Source of the DNA: an uncultured virus (IMG/VR IMGVR_UViG_3300042867_000770)
Taxonomy: Duplodnaviria > Heunggongvirae > Uroviricota > Caudoviricetes
Length of the DNA: 64,000 nucleotides
Direction: 5' to 3' (one strand)
Virus record (IMG/VR): IMGVR_UViG_3300042867_000770
Of the stretch, positions 10,003 to 18,713 are shown one piece after another (the stretch's first letter is position 1; every line of letters starts with the position of its first letter). Below the pieces are notes generated by a model. It had not been told where the DNA came from. It saw only the letters and a list, made by a program, of their open reading frames with translations, and made no database searches. The translations under genes and the position numbers were made by a program.

Positions 10003-10597
10003 AATTACAAATAAATGGTATGTTGGGCAAACATGCAACGAAATAAAAAACAGATTTTCTGATTACAAGGGGTTACGATGTAAAGGTCAACCAAAAATAT
10101 ATCGCGCGATATTAAAATATGGATATGAAAATTTTGAAGAAATAATATTAGAACTTTGCAAATTAGATCGTAATATTCTAAATGAAAGAGAAACTTTTTG
10201 GATAAAAGAAAAAAATTCTTTGAAAAATGGCTACAATTGCAACGCAGGAGGTATATTTGACCACAAACCAATGCTTGGTAAAAAACACGCGGAAGAAACA
10301 AAACAAAAAATAAGAATTGCCCGAGCAAAACAAAAAATTGGAAGCGATCATGTTTCAATTGAAGCCCGTGCGAGAATGTCTGCGGGTAGAATCAATAAAT
10401 CTCTTACATCGGAACATTGTAATAAATTATCAAAATCACATATTGGCATTAAACAGAGCGAAGAATCTAAGATCAAAATATCAAAATCTCTCATCGGCAG
10501 GCCAAAAGGAAAATGGACAGATGAACGGAAACTGAGAAAATCTCTATCAATGATAGGGATAAAACGGGGACCAAGAAAATTAAAAACACTCAAATAA
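9884..10597 (+). CDS. GIY-YIG homing endonuclease with NUMOD3-like repeats
   Basis: GIYGLKNKITNKWYVGQT, ERETFWI, GYN and GKKHAEETKQKI. True start is uncertain. Confidence 0.88.
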   Translation: MKDTTNNECKVIGNTPSKNEPIISRDITQKKIGIYGLKNKITNKWYVGQTCNEIKNRFSDYKGLRCKGQPKIYRAILKYGYENFEEIILELCKLDRNILNERETFWIKEKNSLKNGYNCNAGGIFDHKPMLGKKHAEETKQKIRIARAKQKIGSDHVSIEARARMSAGRINKSLTSEHCNKLSKSHIGIKQSEESKIKISKSLIGRPKGKWTDERKLRKSLSMIGIKRGPRKLKTLK

Positions 10598-10602
10598 TAA
10601 AA

Positions 10603-11505
10603 ATGAATAAAATTAAAAAAATCGGCAAATCTAAAAAGATTGCAAAAAAATCTAAGCCAACAAAAAAAGTTGTCAAAACTCAAAAGCCTAAAAATAAAAT
10701 CAAGAAACAAACTGTGCATACTGAGGAGTTTCATGTAAATGAAAAGATTTCTCGCCCACGTGGTAGACCAAAAGGAAAAAAGAACAAAAAAGAGGCAGTT
10801 GAGGGGGTTGAAAAAAAGCTTTCTAATGTATACTTCACACCAGATACAGAATCGGCTATTGTTGCTTATAATGAAACAGAAGATCCAAGAGAAAAAGATA
10901 AAATATACAACGAAAAGATACAAGGTGCTTTTGGTAAAATAGCCGAAAACATTTATAATACATTCAAGTTTAGTTATGCTGATGTAAGTCCACTTGATAT
11001 TCAGAAACAAGCCATTTCACATATGGTTGCAAACATGAGCAAATATGAAAAAGGAAAAGGCAAAGCATTCAGTTATTTTAGTATTGTAGCCAAACATTGG
11101 TTTATTTTGGACAATAATACAACATATCGTCGTTTCAAGAAACACGTTGAGATTTGTGAACAAACCGGAGACTCTGGTGAGTTTGTGGTTCAACCAGAAC
11201 ACGAAAAACAAGAAAGTGAAGCACGTGAGTTTATCAAACTAATGGTCGAATATTGGGACCAAAATGTGGGCAAGTATTTTACCAAAGATCGTGACTTGAA
11301 GATTGCAAATGCAGTTGTTGAAATATTCAGAAATGCTGATCGTATTGATATATTCAATAAAAAAGCATTGTATCTATATATACGAGAAATCGCAGACTGC
11401 CAAACTCAACACATTACAAAAGTTATAAATAAGCTCATGGAGCCACAGCGTAAAATACGAGAGGAATATTATAACACCGGAAAAATAACTGGTATTGATG
11501 CTTGA
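10603..11505 (+). CDS. Phage late sigma factor (T4 gp55-like) with Lys-rich N-terminus and AT-hook
   Basis: YFT..AIVAYN, KIAENI and KYEKGKGKAFSYFSIVAK resemble gp55/sigma region 2. RPRGRPK is an AT-hook motif. Confidence 0.6.
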   Translation: MNKIKKIGKSKKIAKKSKPTKKVVKTQKPKNKIKKQTVHTEEFHVNEKISRPRGRPKGKKNKKEAVEGVEKKLSNVYFTPDTESAIVAYNETEDPREKDKIYNEKIQGAFGKIAENIYNTFKFSYADVSPLDIQKQAISHMVANMSKYEKGKGKAFSYFSIVAKHWFILDNNTTYRRFKKHVEICEQTGDSGEFVVQPEHEKQESEAREFIKLMVEYWDQNVGKYFTKDRDLKIANAVVEIFRNADRIDIFNKKALYLYIREIADCQTQHITKVINKLMEPQRKIREEYYNTGKITGIDA

Positions 11506-11546
11506 CAACCAACGTAAAAATACTCACTCAATAACTATTTATAGGC

Positions 11547-11927
11547 ATGGAAACATATGAATTTGAGATTTATAAGGGAAAAAGTTTTGCTTCTTTGTGC
11601 AAAGATATTATAAATAACTCAGAACAAAAGAAAGATCAGTTGGACATATTGATTACCGACCTAAAAGACATGATCAAGACTGTAAATGACGCTGTTACAA
11701 TCGTTCCGTTGCTCAAGGAATATTTTGATGTGTCTGTGCGCAATGATGAGCAACTAATCAAACTTGCCGCAATTATTCAACGATTGATGTCTGGTAAGGT
11801 TGGACCGGACGGCGAAGGTGGTGGTACAATATTGACAGAAGAAGAAAAAAAGCAACTCATGTCGGCTATAGAAGAAACCGCCAAAACAATGAAGTCTCCA
11901 GAAAAATCAAAAGCAGAACCTAAATAA
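11547..11927 (+). CDS. Hypothetical helical phage protein
   Basis: Clean ORF whose stop overlaps the next start (TAATG). Confidence 0.7.
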   Translation: METYEFEIYKGKSFASLCKDIINNSEQKKDQLDILITDLKDMIKTVNDAVTIVPLLKEYFDVSVRNDEQLIKLAAIIQRLMSGKVGPDGEGGGTILTEEEKKQLMSAIEETAKTMKSPEKSKAEPK

Positions 11928-13357
11928 TGTCATACACAGAAACAGAACGCAGAAGTGACCTCAACATAAAGCAAGATGACATGCTTGCTTCAAAAAGGTT
12001 CGTTATTGAACGCAAACCTGATACAAGTTATTTCTTTGAATTGGAAGAAGCGGTGGTGCTGGATATTATATTGGACGATAAACATCCAGCATTCACAGAT
12101 GAATTGGATGCTAACGATTTTCCACCGAACATAGATGGCAGTGAACCGGTTGCTGGAACAAATGATTATGGTCAAGTTGGTGCAATAAAATTTAGATTCT
12201 TGAACAGTGAAAGAGGTAAAGATAAAGAACAACTTGGTTGGGCATATCCAATTGAAAATACTGGTATAACCGAGTGGCCGTTGATGAATGAAATGGTGAT
12301 TGTTGGTAGATATATGGAAAGCTATTTTTATTCTCGTAAATTAAACTTCAAATCGGTTGTAAATAGCAATGCCAGTTTTATAACTGAGCGCGTTTCTGGT
12401 TGGGTAGATCAAAATACAGATGAATACAACAACGGAGAACCATACACTGGACCAAAATCGACATTGAATTTTTCTGGTGGAGAAAATTATACAGGAGTAT
12501 TGGGAAACTATTTTAAATTCAATCCAAAGATTCGTGCTCTAAAAAGATATGAAGGAGATACTATATTAGAATCAAGATTTGGATCTTCTATAAGATTTGG
12601 AGCATACGATGACAACAGAAACAATGACTCTGGTATAGAAGGAGAATATGAAGATGGTGGCGGAAATCCAAAGATTATTTTGCGTAATCGTCAAGCACCA
12701 ATCAAAAATCCAGAAGGATTTACAGCAAAAGGATACATTGAAGAAGATATAAATAAAGATGGATCGTCTGTTCATATAACTTCTGGAAAAACTGTATCAA
12801 ATTTTCAACCCACGACAACGAACGCAATAATACGAGGAAACAAGTTGGTTAGTTTACCAAAACTGGACGGTGATCAGATTGTGATAAACAGCGATAGGTT
12901 GGTGTTTTCTTCGAAAGCTAATGAAATGTTTTTCTTCTCGAAAAAGAAAATTGGAATGACAAGTGACGACTCAATTTCCATATCCTGCTTTGATAGAATG
13001 ACGATAACCGCATTAAAGACGGCGACAATAAATTCTCCTAAGATATATTTGGGAGACCATGGGAAAACATATGAGCCAGCGTTGTTGGGTAGAAGTACGG
13101 TGGCTTGGATGTATTCAATGTGCGATTGGATGTTATTGAATGTCAATACACAAATTCAAGTCCTAATGGCCCTACAGACTCACTTACATTTGACCAAAAC
13201 TGGCCCAACCCTACTTCCTATATTACCACCCGCGTCAGTCTTGTGGGCGGAGCAATTGCTGTCTCTGCAAGCATCCCAGATTAGTTTGCTGGCTCTTCGC
13301 TCTCAATTGAGTTCACTCATGAGTGGTAGAGTGTTTGTTGCCGGTGGAGTTGATTAA
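11927..13357 (+). CDS. Baseplate hub/central spike protein (gp5/VgrG-like)
   Basis: OB-like N-terminus (WPLMNEMV), EGDTILESRFGSSIRF, beta-helix-like C-terminal half, HLH tip motif; lies upstream of gp25/gp6. Confidence 0.55.
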   Translation: MSYTETERRSDLNIKQDDMLASKRFVIERKPDTSYFFELEEAVVLDIILDDKHPAFTDELDANDFPPNIDGSEPVAGTNDYGQVGAIKFRFLNSERGKDKEQLGWAYPIENTGITEWPLMNEMVIVGRYMESYFYSRKLNFKSVVNSNASFITERVSGWVDQNTDEYNNGEPYTGPKSTLNFSGGENYTGVLGNYFKFNPKIRALKRYEGDTILESRFGSSIRFGAYDDNRNNDSGIEGEYEDGGGNPKIILRNRQAPIKNPEGFTAKGYIEEDINKDGSSVHITSGKTVSNFQPTTTNAIIRGNKLVSLPKLDGDQIVINSDRLVFSSKANEMFFFSKKKIGMTSDDSISISCFDRMTITALKTATINSPKIYLGDHGKTYEPALLGRSTVAWMYSMCDWMLLNVNTQIQVLMALQTHLHLTKTGPTLLPILPPASVLWAEQLLSLQASQISLLALRSQLSSLMSGRVFVAGGVD

Positions 13358-13360
13358 CAT

Positions 13361-14257
13361 ATGCCAGACATTCCATTATTTTCCGCACCAACCGTGTCTT
13401 TCAGTCCACCAACGTCTCTGTCTGCTATGACAAACAGCGTGACAACCACCGGTTTATCAATTTTAAAATCTCCTACAATATCTATCGGAGCGGGTTCTTC
13501 TTTATCTTCCATTGCATCTGTTTCTGGAATTTCCTCAACAATTGGTGGGGTTCCAAAAACATTGTCAGGCGCTGTTGCAAGTTTCGGGGCTCCAACGACG
13601 ATTGGTGGTATATCGGCGGCGTTTGGAGGTCCAACTTCCCTGTCAGGTATCGCGGGTACCATGGGATTATCAACATCTCTTCCAAATTTTGCAGCATCAC
13701 TGCCGCCGCTTCCAAGTTTGAATTTGCCAAACATGCCAAGCTTTCCAGGTTTGGATAAAGCCGGTATTCTTCTTGGTGCCGGACCAAAGTTTATTGCCGA
13801 TAAAATTACAAAATACACAACTATAGTTCCGCCATTTGCACCTGGTCTTAAAATAAACATGGCAATGGTGGGTGGGGCAATTGCAATAATTTCCGCATTA
13901 TCTTCGGGAAATCCCGGTGCAATATTGAAGTCGCTTGTTGAAGATATGGTAGATCAGGCGGTTGGCGATTTAAAAAACCAAGTCGGTGATGCGGTAAGCG
14001 GAGCTATGGGCCAGACCGGTATATCATCCATACAGGATCAAGTTCAAGGAATACAAGGAAACATCCAAAATGCAGCTTCCAGTGCAACTAGTGCGGTTGG
14101 AGACACTGTTTCTGGTGCCGTGGCAGAAAATACTTCCGGTGGAATTGCCAATCTAAACCTGTCGGCGGTATCACCGCCAATAAACAATACACTTTCGGGT
14201 GCCACGTCATTCACAAATGATAAAATAAGTGCATTCAGTTTCCCTCCATCGGGATAA
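13361..14257 (+). CDS. Gly/Ser/Ala-rich low-complexity hypothetical protein (baseplate region)
   Basis: Long ORF with low-complexity composition. Confidence 0.6.
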   Translation: MPDIPLFSAPTVSFSPPTSLSAMTNSVTTTGLSILKSPTISIGAGSSLSSIASVSGISSTIGGVPKTLSGAVASFGAPTTIGGISAAFGGPTSLSGIAGTMGLSTSLPNFAASLPPLPSLNLPNMPSFPGLDKAGILLGAGPKFIADKITKYTTIVPPFAPGLKINMAMVGGAIAIISALSSGNPGAILKSLVEDMVDQAVGDLKNQVGDAVSGAMGQTGISSIQDQVQGIQGNIQNAASSATSAVGDTVSGAVAENTSGGIANLNLSAVSPPINNTLSGATSFTNDKISAFSFPPSG

Positions 14258-14296
14258 TTATCAAAAATACATTATATTTATAAAGGAATCATATAT

Positions 14297-14746
14297 ATGA
14301 ACAAGAAAGAACTAGTAGAAATCATCAGAACGGTTGTACGAGAAGAGATAAATAACTCTCTTCCTCAATATCTCATGGAGGTATTGGCGGAAAGAATCAC
14401 CGCCCAGCCAGTTATTACCGAACAAAAAGAACCATCTCAGGCTTCTGCACAAAGAAATAAGCCGTTGGTTACTTTCGAGGCACCTATCAAGAAATCGCCG
14501 GTACAAGCACCAAGAACTTTTTCGTCAAACCCAATATTTAACCAAATATTGAACGAGACGGTTGGCGGAGTACCGGACGAAAATTCGGCATCCGTTCCTT
14601 CCGTTATAGACACTATAAAAAATATGCCAAAAGAAGTGTTGGCCGAAAACAAGGATATTGCCGCCGTAGCAAACGCTATGACCAGAGACTATTCCAAATT
14701 GATGAAGGCAATGGATGCCAAAGCAAAGTCAGGTAGACCTGCATAA
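14297..14746 (+). CDS. Hypothetical protein with KxELxxIIxxVVxEE leader
   Basis: ORF with AAGGA RBS; N-terminus MNKKELVEIIRTVVREE. Confidence 0.7.
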   Translation: MNKKELVEIIRTVVREEINNSLPQYLMEVLAERITAQPVITEQKEPSQASAQRNKPLVTFEAPIKKSPVQAPRTFSSNPIFNQILNETVGGVPDENSASVPSVIDTIKNMPKEVLAENKDIAAVANAMTRDYSKLMKAMDAKAKSGRPA

Positions 14747-14748
14747 AA

Positions 14749-15153
14749 ATGGCAAATACAACACAGACTTATGGTATAGTTCTTCCCATCACACATGGGC
14801 CGCAGGGTTATTTTAACCAAAGTCATAGTGTAATTGAACAAGTAAAATCCAACTTAAATTTGTTGCTAAAAACAAAAAAGGGAGAACGCAGAATGAATCC
14901 AGATTTTGGTTCTGGGTTGTGGAATGTTTTGTTTGAGAATATTACAGATGACATGACTCCAATTATTGATAGTACTATTCGCAGAGACATTGCCAAATGG
15001 ATGAGTTATGTGAATGTGCAATCTGTGTCTGTGTTGAATAACAAAGATAATAATTATAATCGCTTGGATGTGTCTGTTGTATTCACCGTTCCATCCATTG
15101 GAGTTTTTGAACAACAAACATTACAGGTTGGTATGAACACAAATAATATATGA
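14749..15153 (+). CDS. Baseplate wedge protein, gp25/GPW family
   Basis: NLLLKTKKGERRMNPDFGSGL..LFE signature. Confidence 0.9.
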   Translation: MANTTQTYGIVLPITHGPQGYFNQSHSVIEQVKSNLNLLLKTKKGERRMNPDFGSGLWNVLFENITDDMTPIIDSTIRRDIAKWMSYVNVQSVSVLNNKDNNYNRLDVSVVFTVPSIGVFEQQTLQVGMNTNNI

Positions 15154-17105
15154 TTTTAGACACACCAAAATCTTTTCAACCGGGAAAAAGAGATATTAAA
15201 TATCTCAGCAAGGACTTCTCTCAATTGAAGCAGTCTTTGATTGATTTTTCTAAAACATATTATCCAAACACATACAAGGATTTTAGTGATGCTTCGCCGG
15301 GCATGATGTATATTGAAATGGCGGCTTATGTTGGTGATGTATTATCATACTACATAGATTATCAATTCAAAGAATCTATGTTGGTTAATTCAGAAGAGCG
15401 TCAAAATATTATTGATTCTGCTCGTTCGTTGGGCTACAAGTCAAAACCAACCGCACCCAGCGTCACAAATTTTGATGTATATCAATTGGTGCCATCAAAA
15501 ATTTCAGAAGACGGTAGCATTGTTCCGGATATGAGTTATGCTCAAATCATAAAACCGGGTATGTCTGCTACCAGCGATTCTGGCGTTTCATTTTTAACAA
15601 GTGTGCCGGTGGACTTTACCGTAGATACTCAGAACGATCCACTTGAAGTTTCTGTATATCAACGCAACGCTGCTGGTCAGCCAGAATTTTATGTATTAAA
15701 AAAGTCCGCTGAAGCATTTTCGGGTCAATTGATAACCAAGACCGTGAGCATATCAGCACCATCTCCATTTTATAAAATATATCTTTCTGAAACAAATATC
15801 ATTGAAGTTTTTGATGTATATGATTCTGACGGAAATCGGTGGCATGAAACAGATTATCTTGCACAAGATTTGGTGCCAATTGAAAGTGAGAATATATACA
15901 AAAACGATATGTCACTTTCTTCACACAGAGACACCGTTCCGTTCTTGTTGAAGTATCTTCGCACATCCAAACGATTTGTTACAGGAGTTGAATCAGACAA
16001 TACAACATTCTTAGAATTTGGTTCCGGAACAAATATTGCCGACGACGAGATTATTGTTCCAAATATATATACGGTTGGAAAGCCAAACACATTCAGAAAT
16101 GAGAGCATAAACTATGACCCAGCAAACTTTCTGTCGTCCAGAGCATTTGGACAAGCTCCAAGCAACACAACATTGACCGTTCGTTATATAACCGGCGGGG
16201 GATTAGAAAGCAATGTTAACGCCAATACTATCAAGAACATCACCAACGTAGAATTCTTTGGAGATATCACAGAATTGCCGGTATTTGAACAGGGGTTGAC
16301 AAATTTGGTTAGACGTTCTGTAAAAGTAAACAACCCAGTTCCTGCTTCTGGTGGTCGCGGTTCAGAAACCAATGATGAAATTCGCAACAATGCATTATCA
16401 AGTTTTTCTGCACAAGGCCGAGCAGTGACCCAAAAAGATTATGTTGTAAGAACATACGCAATGCCTTCAAAATATGGTTCAATTGCCAAAGCATATGCCG
16501 TAGCGGATACCAACTTGGATTCTTCGTATATTCAACCACAACCAAACCAATTGTCTGTGAATTCATTTTCAGCGGAAAATACAAATCGCAAGAATATCAA
16601 CCAGAATAATCCATTTGCTATCAATCTATATTTGCTTGGTTATGATACCAATCAGCGTTTGATAAATACCAATGAGGCAATTCGCCAAAATCTCAAGAAC
16701 TATCTCAATCAATATCGCATGTTAACAGACAGTGTAAATTTATTGGATGGATATATAATAAATATCGGGGTGGACTTCACCATCATTGCTTATAAAAATT
16801 ATAACAAACGTGAAGTATTGGCAAACTGTTTAACTTTGGTGCAACAATTCTTTGATATAAACAATATTCAGTTCTGTCAACCAATTAATCTTAGTCGTTT
16901 GGAGCTTGAAATTGCCAAGATCGGCGGTGTACAATCTGTTTCTTCGTTGAAAATCAAAAATTTGACATTACGGGATGGTGATTATTCTCCATACGAATAT
17001 GATATAGTCAAAGCTACATTGGATAAGGTGGTATATCCATCAATTGATCCGTCTATATTTGAAGTAAGATTTCCAACAAAAGACATTGTGGGACGTGTGA
17101 GTTAA
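15150..17105 (+). CDS. Baseplate wedge subunit (T4 gp6 / baseplate J-like)
   Basis: KDFSQLK, AYVGDVLSYY, FGSG, GGRGSET and RAVTQKDY motifs. Confidence 0.88.
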   Translation: MILDTPKSFQPGKRDIKYLSKDFSQLKQSLIDFSKTYYPNTYKDFSDASPGMMYIEMAAYVGDVLSYYIDYQFKESMLVNSEERQNIIDSARSLGYKSKPTAPSVTNFDVYQLVPSKISEDGSIVPDMSYAQIIKPGMSATSDSGVSFLTSVPVDFTVDTQNDPLEVSVYQRNAAGQPEFYVLKKSAEAFSGQLITKTVSISAPSPFYKIYLSETNIIEVFDVYDSDGNRWHETDYLAQDLVPIESENIYKNDMSLSSHRDTVPFLLKYLRTSKRFVTGVESDNTTFLEFGSGTNIADDEIIVPNIYTVGKPNTFRNESINYDPANFLSSRAFGQAPSNTTLTVRYITGGGLESNVNANTIKNITNVEFFGDITELPVFEQGLTNLVRRSVKVNNPVPASGGRGSETNDEIRNNALSSFSAQGRAVTQKDYVVRTYAMPSKYGSIAKAYAVADTNLDSSYIQPQPNQLSVNSFSAENTNRKNINQNNPFAINLYLLGYDTNQRLINTNEAIRQNLKNYLNQYRMLTDSVNLLDGYIINIGVDFTIIAYKNYNKREVLANCLTLVQQFFDINNIQFCQPINLSRLELEIAKIGGVQSVSSLKIKNLTLRDGDYSPYEYDIVKATLDKVVYPSIDPSIFEVRFPTKDIVGRVS

Positions 17106-17160
17106 TTTAGGTCAAATTTATTGGTTGGGGCGTATATTTATAATGTAAAGAACATAGTAT

Positions 17161-18495
17161 ATGCATTACTTTTTATATCCAACCAAAGACACCACCATCA
17201 GCAACGATCCGTCATATATGTTCAAGAACATGGGGTTGGATGAAATTCTTGAAGTGGAAAAACGGGTGTCTTATGGCAGCTGCTCAAGCAATAGTACATA
17301 TTCCACATTGATTTCATTTACCAGTTCAAGCATTGAACTTTTGAGTGGATCTATGTCAGGCTCTTTTAATTCAGGCTCAACCGATCCAAAAGTTGTATCA
17401 AGTTCATATATTCAAACCAGTCAAGTTACTCAAGGTGCTGTATTGTCCAGAGCATTGTTGCAATTTGATTTGAGCGACGTGTCTGCTTCTATAGTATGCA
17501 ACGAAATAGTAAATCCTCGTTTTTATCTTGTTCTCAAAACATGTGAATCTAAAGAAGTTCCTGTAAAATATACACTCGCGGCATATCCAATTTCTCAATC
17601 GTGGGGAATGGGTTCTGGATACAAATACGATGGTCAAGCTGCGTCTGATGGAGCAAATTGGAAGTTTTCTGATGGATTCTCTGAAAAATGGATGAGCGGT
17701 TCCTTGACAGATTGCAGCGGAGGTGGTGTGTGGTGGGTTTCATCAAGCCTACTAGGTTCTGGTTCTGGATATGCTCAACCGCCATACAATAATTCATACA
17801 ATCCATTTCCAAACTGCGGAGACATTTATGTTCCCCCAGAAACTTCATCTTATATATCACCAGTAACGGGTGGATATGCTTGTACTCAATCGTTTGATTA
17901 TCAAACTAGCGATGTTCGTATGGATGTAACTTCAATTGTAGAAGCATGGCTAACAAGTGGAATTAAAAATAATGGATTGATTATATTACATAGCGACGAA
18001 TCAAGTTCTATTGATTATGGAAAATTAAGATTCTTCTCTAAAGAAACCAATACAATATATTCTCCGTATATAGATGTTTCATGGGCAGATGCTATCATTG
18101 AAACCGGTAGCGCAGATCCAATTCAATTAAGAGATGCTGTTGTTGATATGAAGAATCTTGCTAAAGAATATAAGCACGGTTCTATTTTGAGAATGGATGT
18201 AACTTCAAGAAAGCGTTATCCACAAAAAACATTTACCAATAAACTTTCGGATTATTTGACTCCATATTATTTACCAAGTTCAAGTTTCTATTCTATTAAA
18301 GATGCCGAAACCGAAGAGTCTATATTACCATATGATGAATATACCAGATTGAGTTTTGATTCATACGGAAACTATTTTATGTTGGATACAACCGGTCTTC
18401 CTCAAGAAAGATACTACAAGGTAGAAATTCGTTCGGAGCAAAGCGGGTCTATATTGACATTCACCGTTCCAACCGCATTCAAGATTTCTAGATGA
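17161..18495 (+). CDS. Putative virion structural protein (DNRLRE-like)
   Basis: DTTI..N.GLDEILE, SRALLQFD, DVTSIVEAW..NNGLII and FFSKET; Ser/Gly-rich. Confidence 0.55.
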   Translation: MHYFLYPTKDTTISNDPSYMFKNMGLDEILEVEKRVSYGSCSSNSTYSTLISFTSSSIELLSGSMSGSFNSGSTDPKVVSSSYIQTSQVTQGAVLSRALLQFDLSDVSASIVCNEIVNPRFYLVLKTCESKEVPVKYTLAAYPISQSWGMGSGYKYDGQAASDGANWKFSDGFSEKWMSGSLTDCSGGGVWWVSSSLLGSGSGYAQPPYNNSYNPFPNCGDIYVPPETSSYISPVTGGYACTQSFDYQTSDVRMDVTSIVEAWLTSGIKNNGLIILHSDESSSIDYGKLRFFSKETNTIYSPYIDVSWADAIIETGSADPIQLRDAVVDMKNLAKEYKHGSILRMDVTSRKRYPQKTFTNKLSDYLTPYYLPSSSFYSIKDAETEESILPYDEYTRLSFDSYGNYFMLDTTGLPQERYYKVEIRSEQSGSILTFTVPTAFKISR

Positions 18496-18713
18496 ACGCA
18501 AATCCAAATCTAACAGGTTATAATCAAGATGATGTACAAACCCTGTATTCCGTTGGTTCAATTGTTCCAAACATAGATTCATACGGTAATTTGATTATAC
18601 AAAACATACAGGGTCAGTTGTATTCATCATCAATAATGATTCCTTTACAGAATGTTGTGTATGATCCAACCAAAGTGGAAACAAAATATGATGTTACATT
18701 CAAAGAACTATGA
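18492..18713 (+). CDS. Small hypothetical protein
   Basis: ATGA overlaps at both ends. Confidence 0.65.
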   Translation: MNANPNLTGYNQDDVQTLYSVGSIVPNIDSYGNLIIQNIQGQLYSSSIMIPLQNVVYDPTKVETKYDVTFKEL

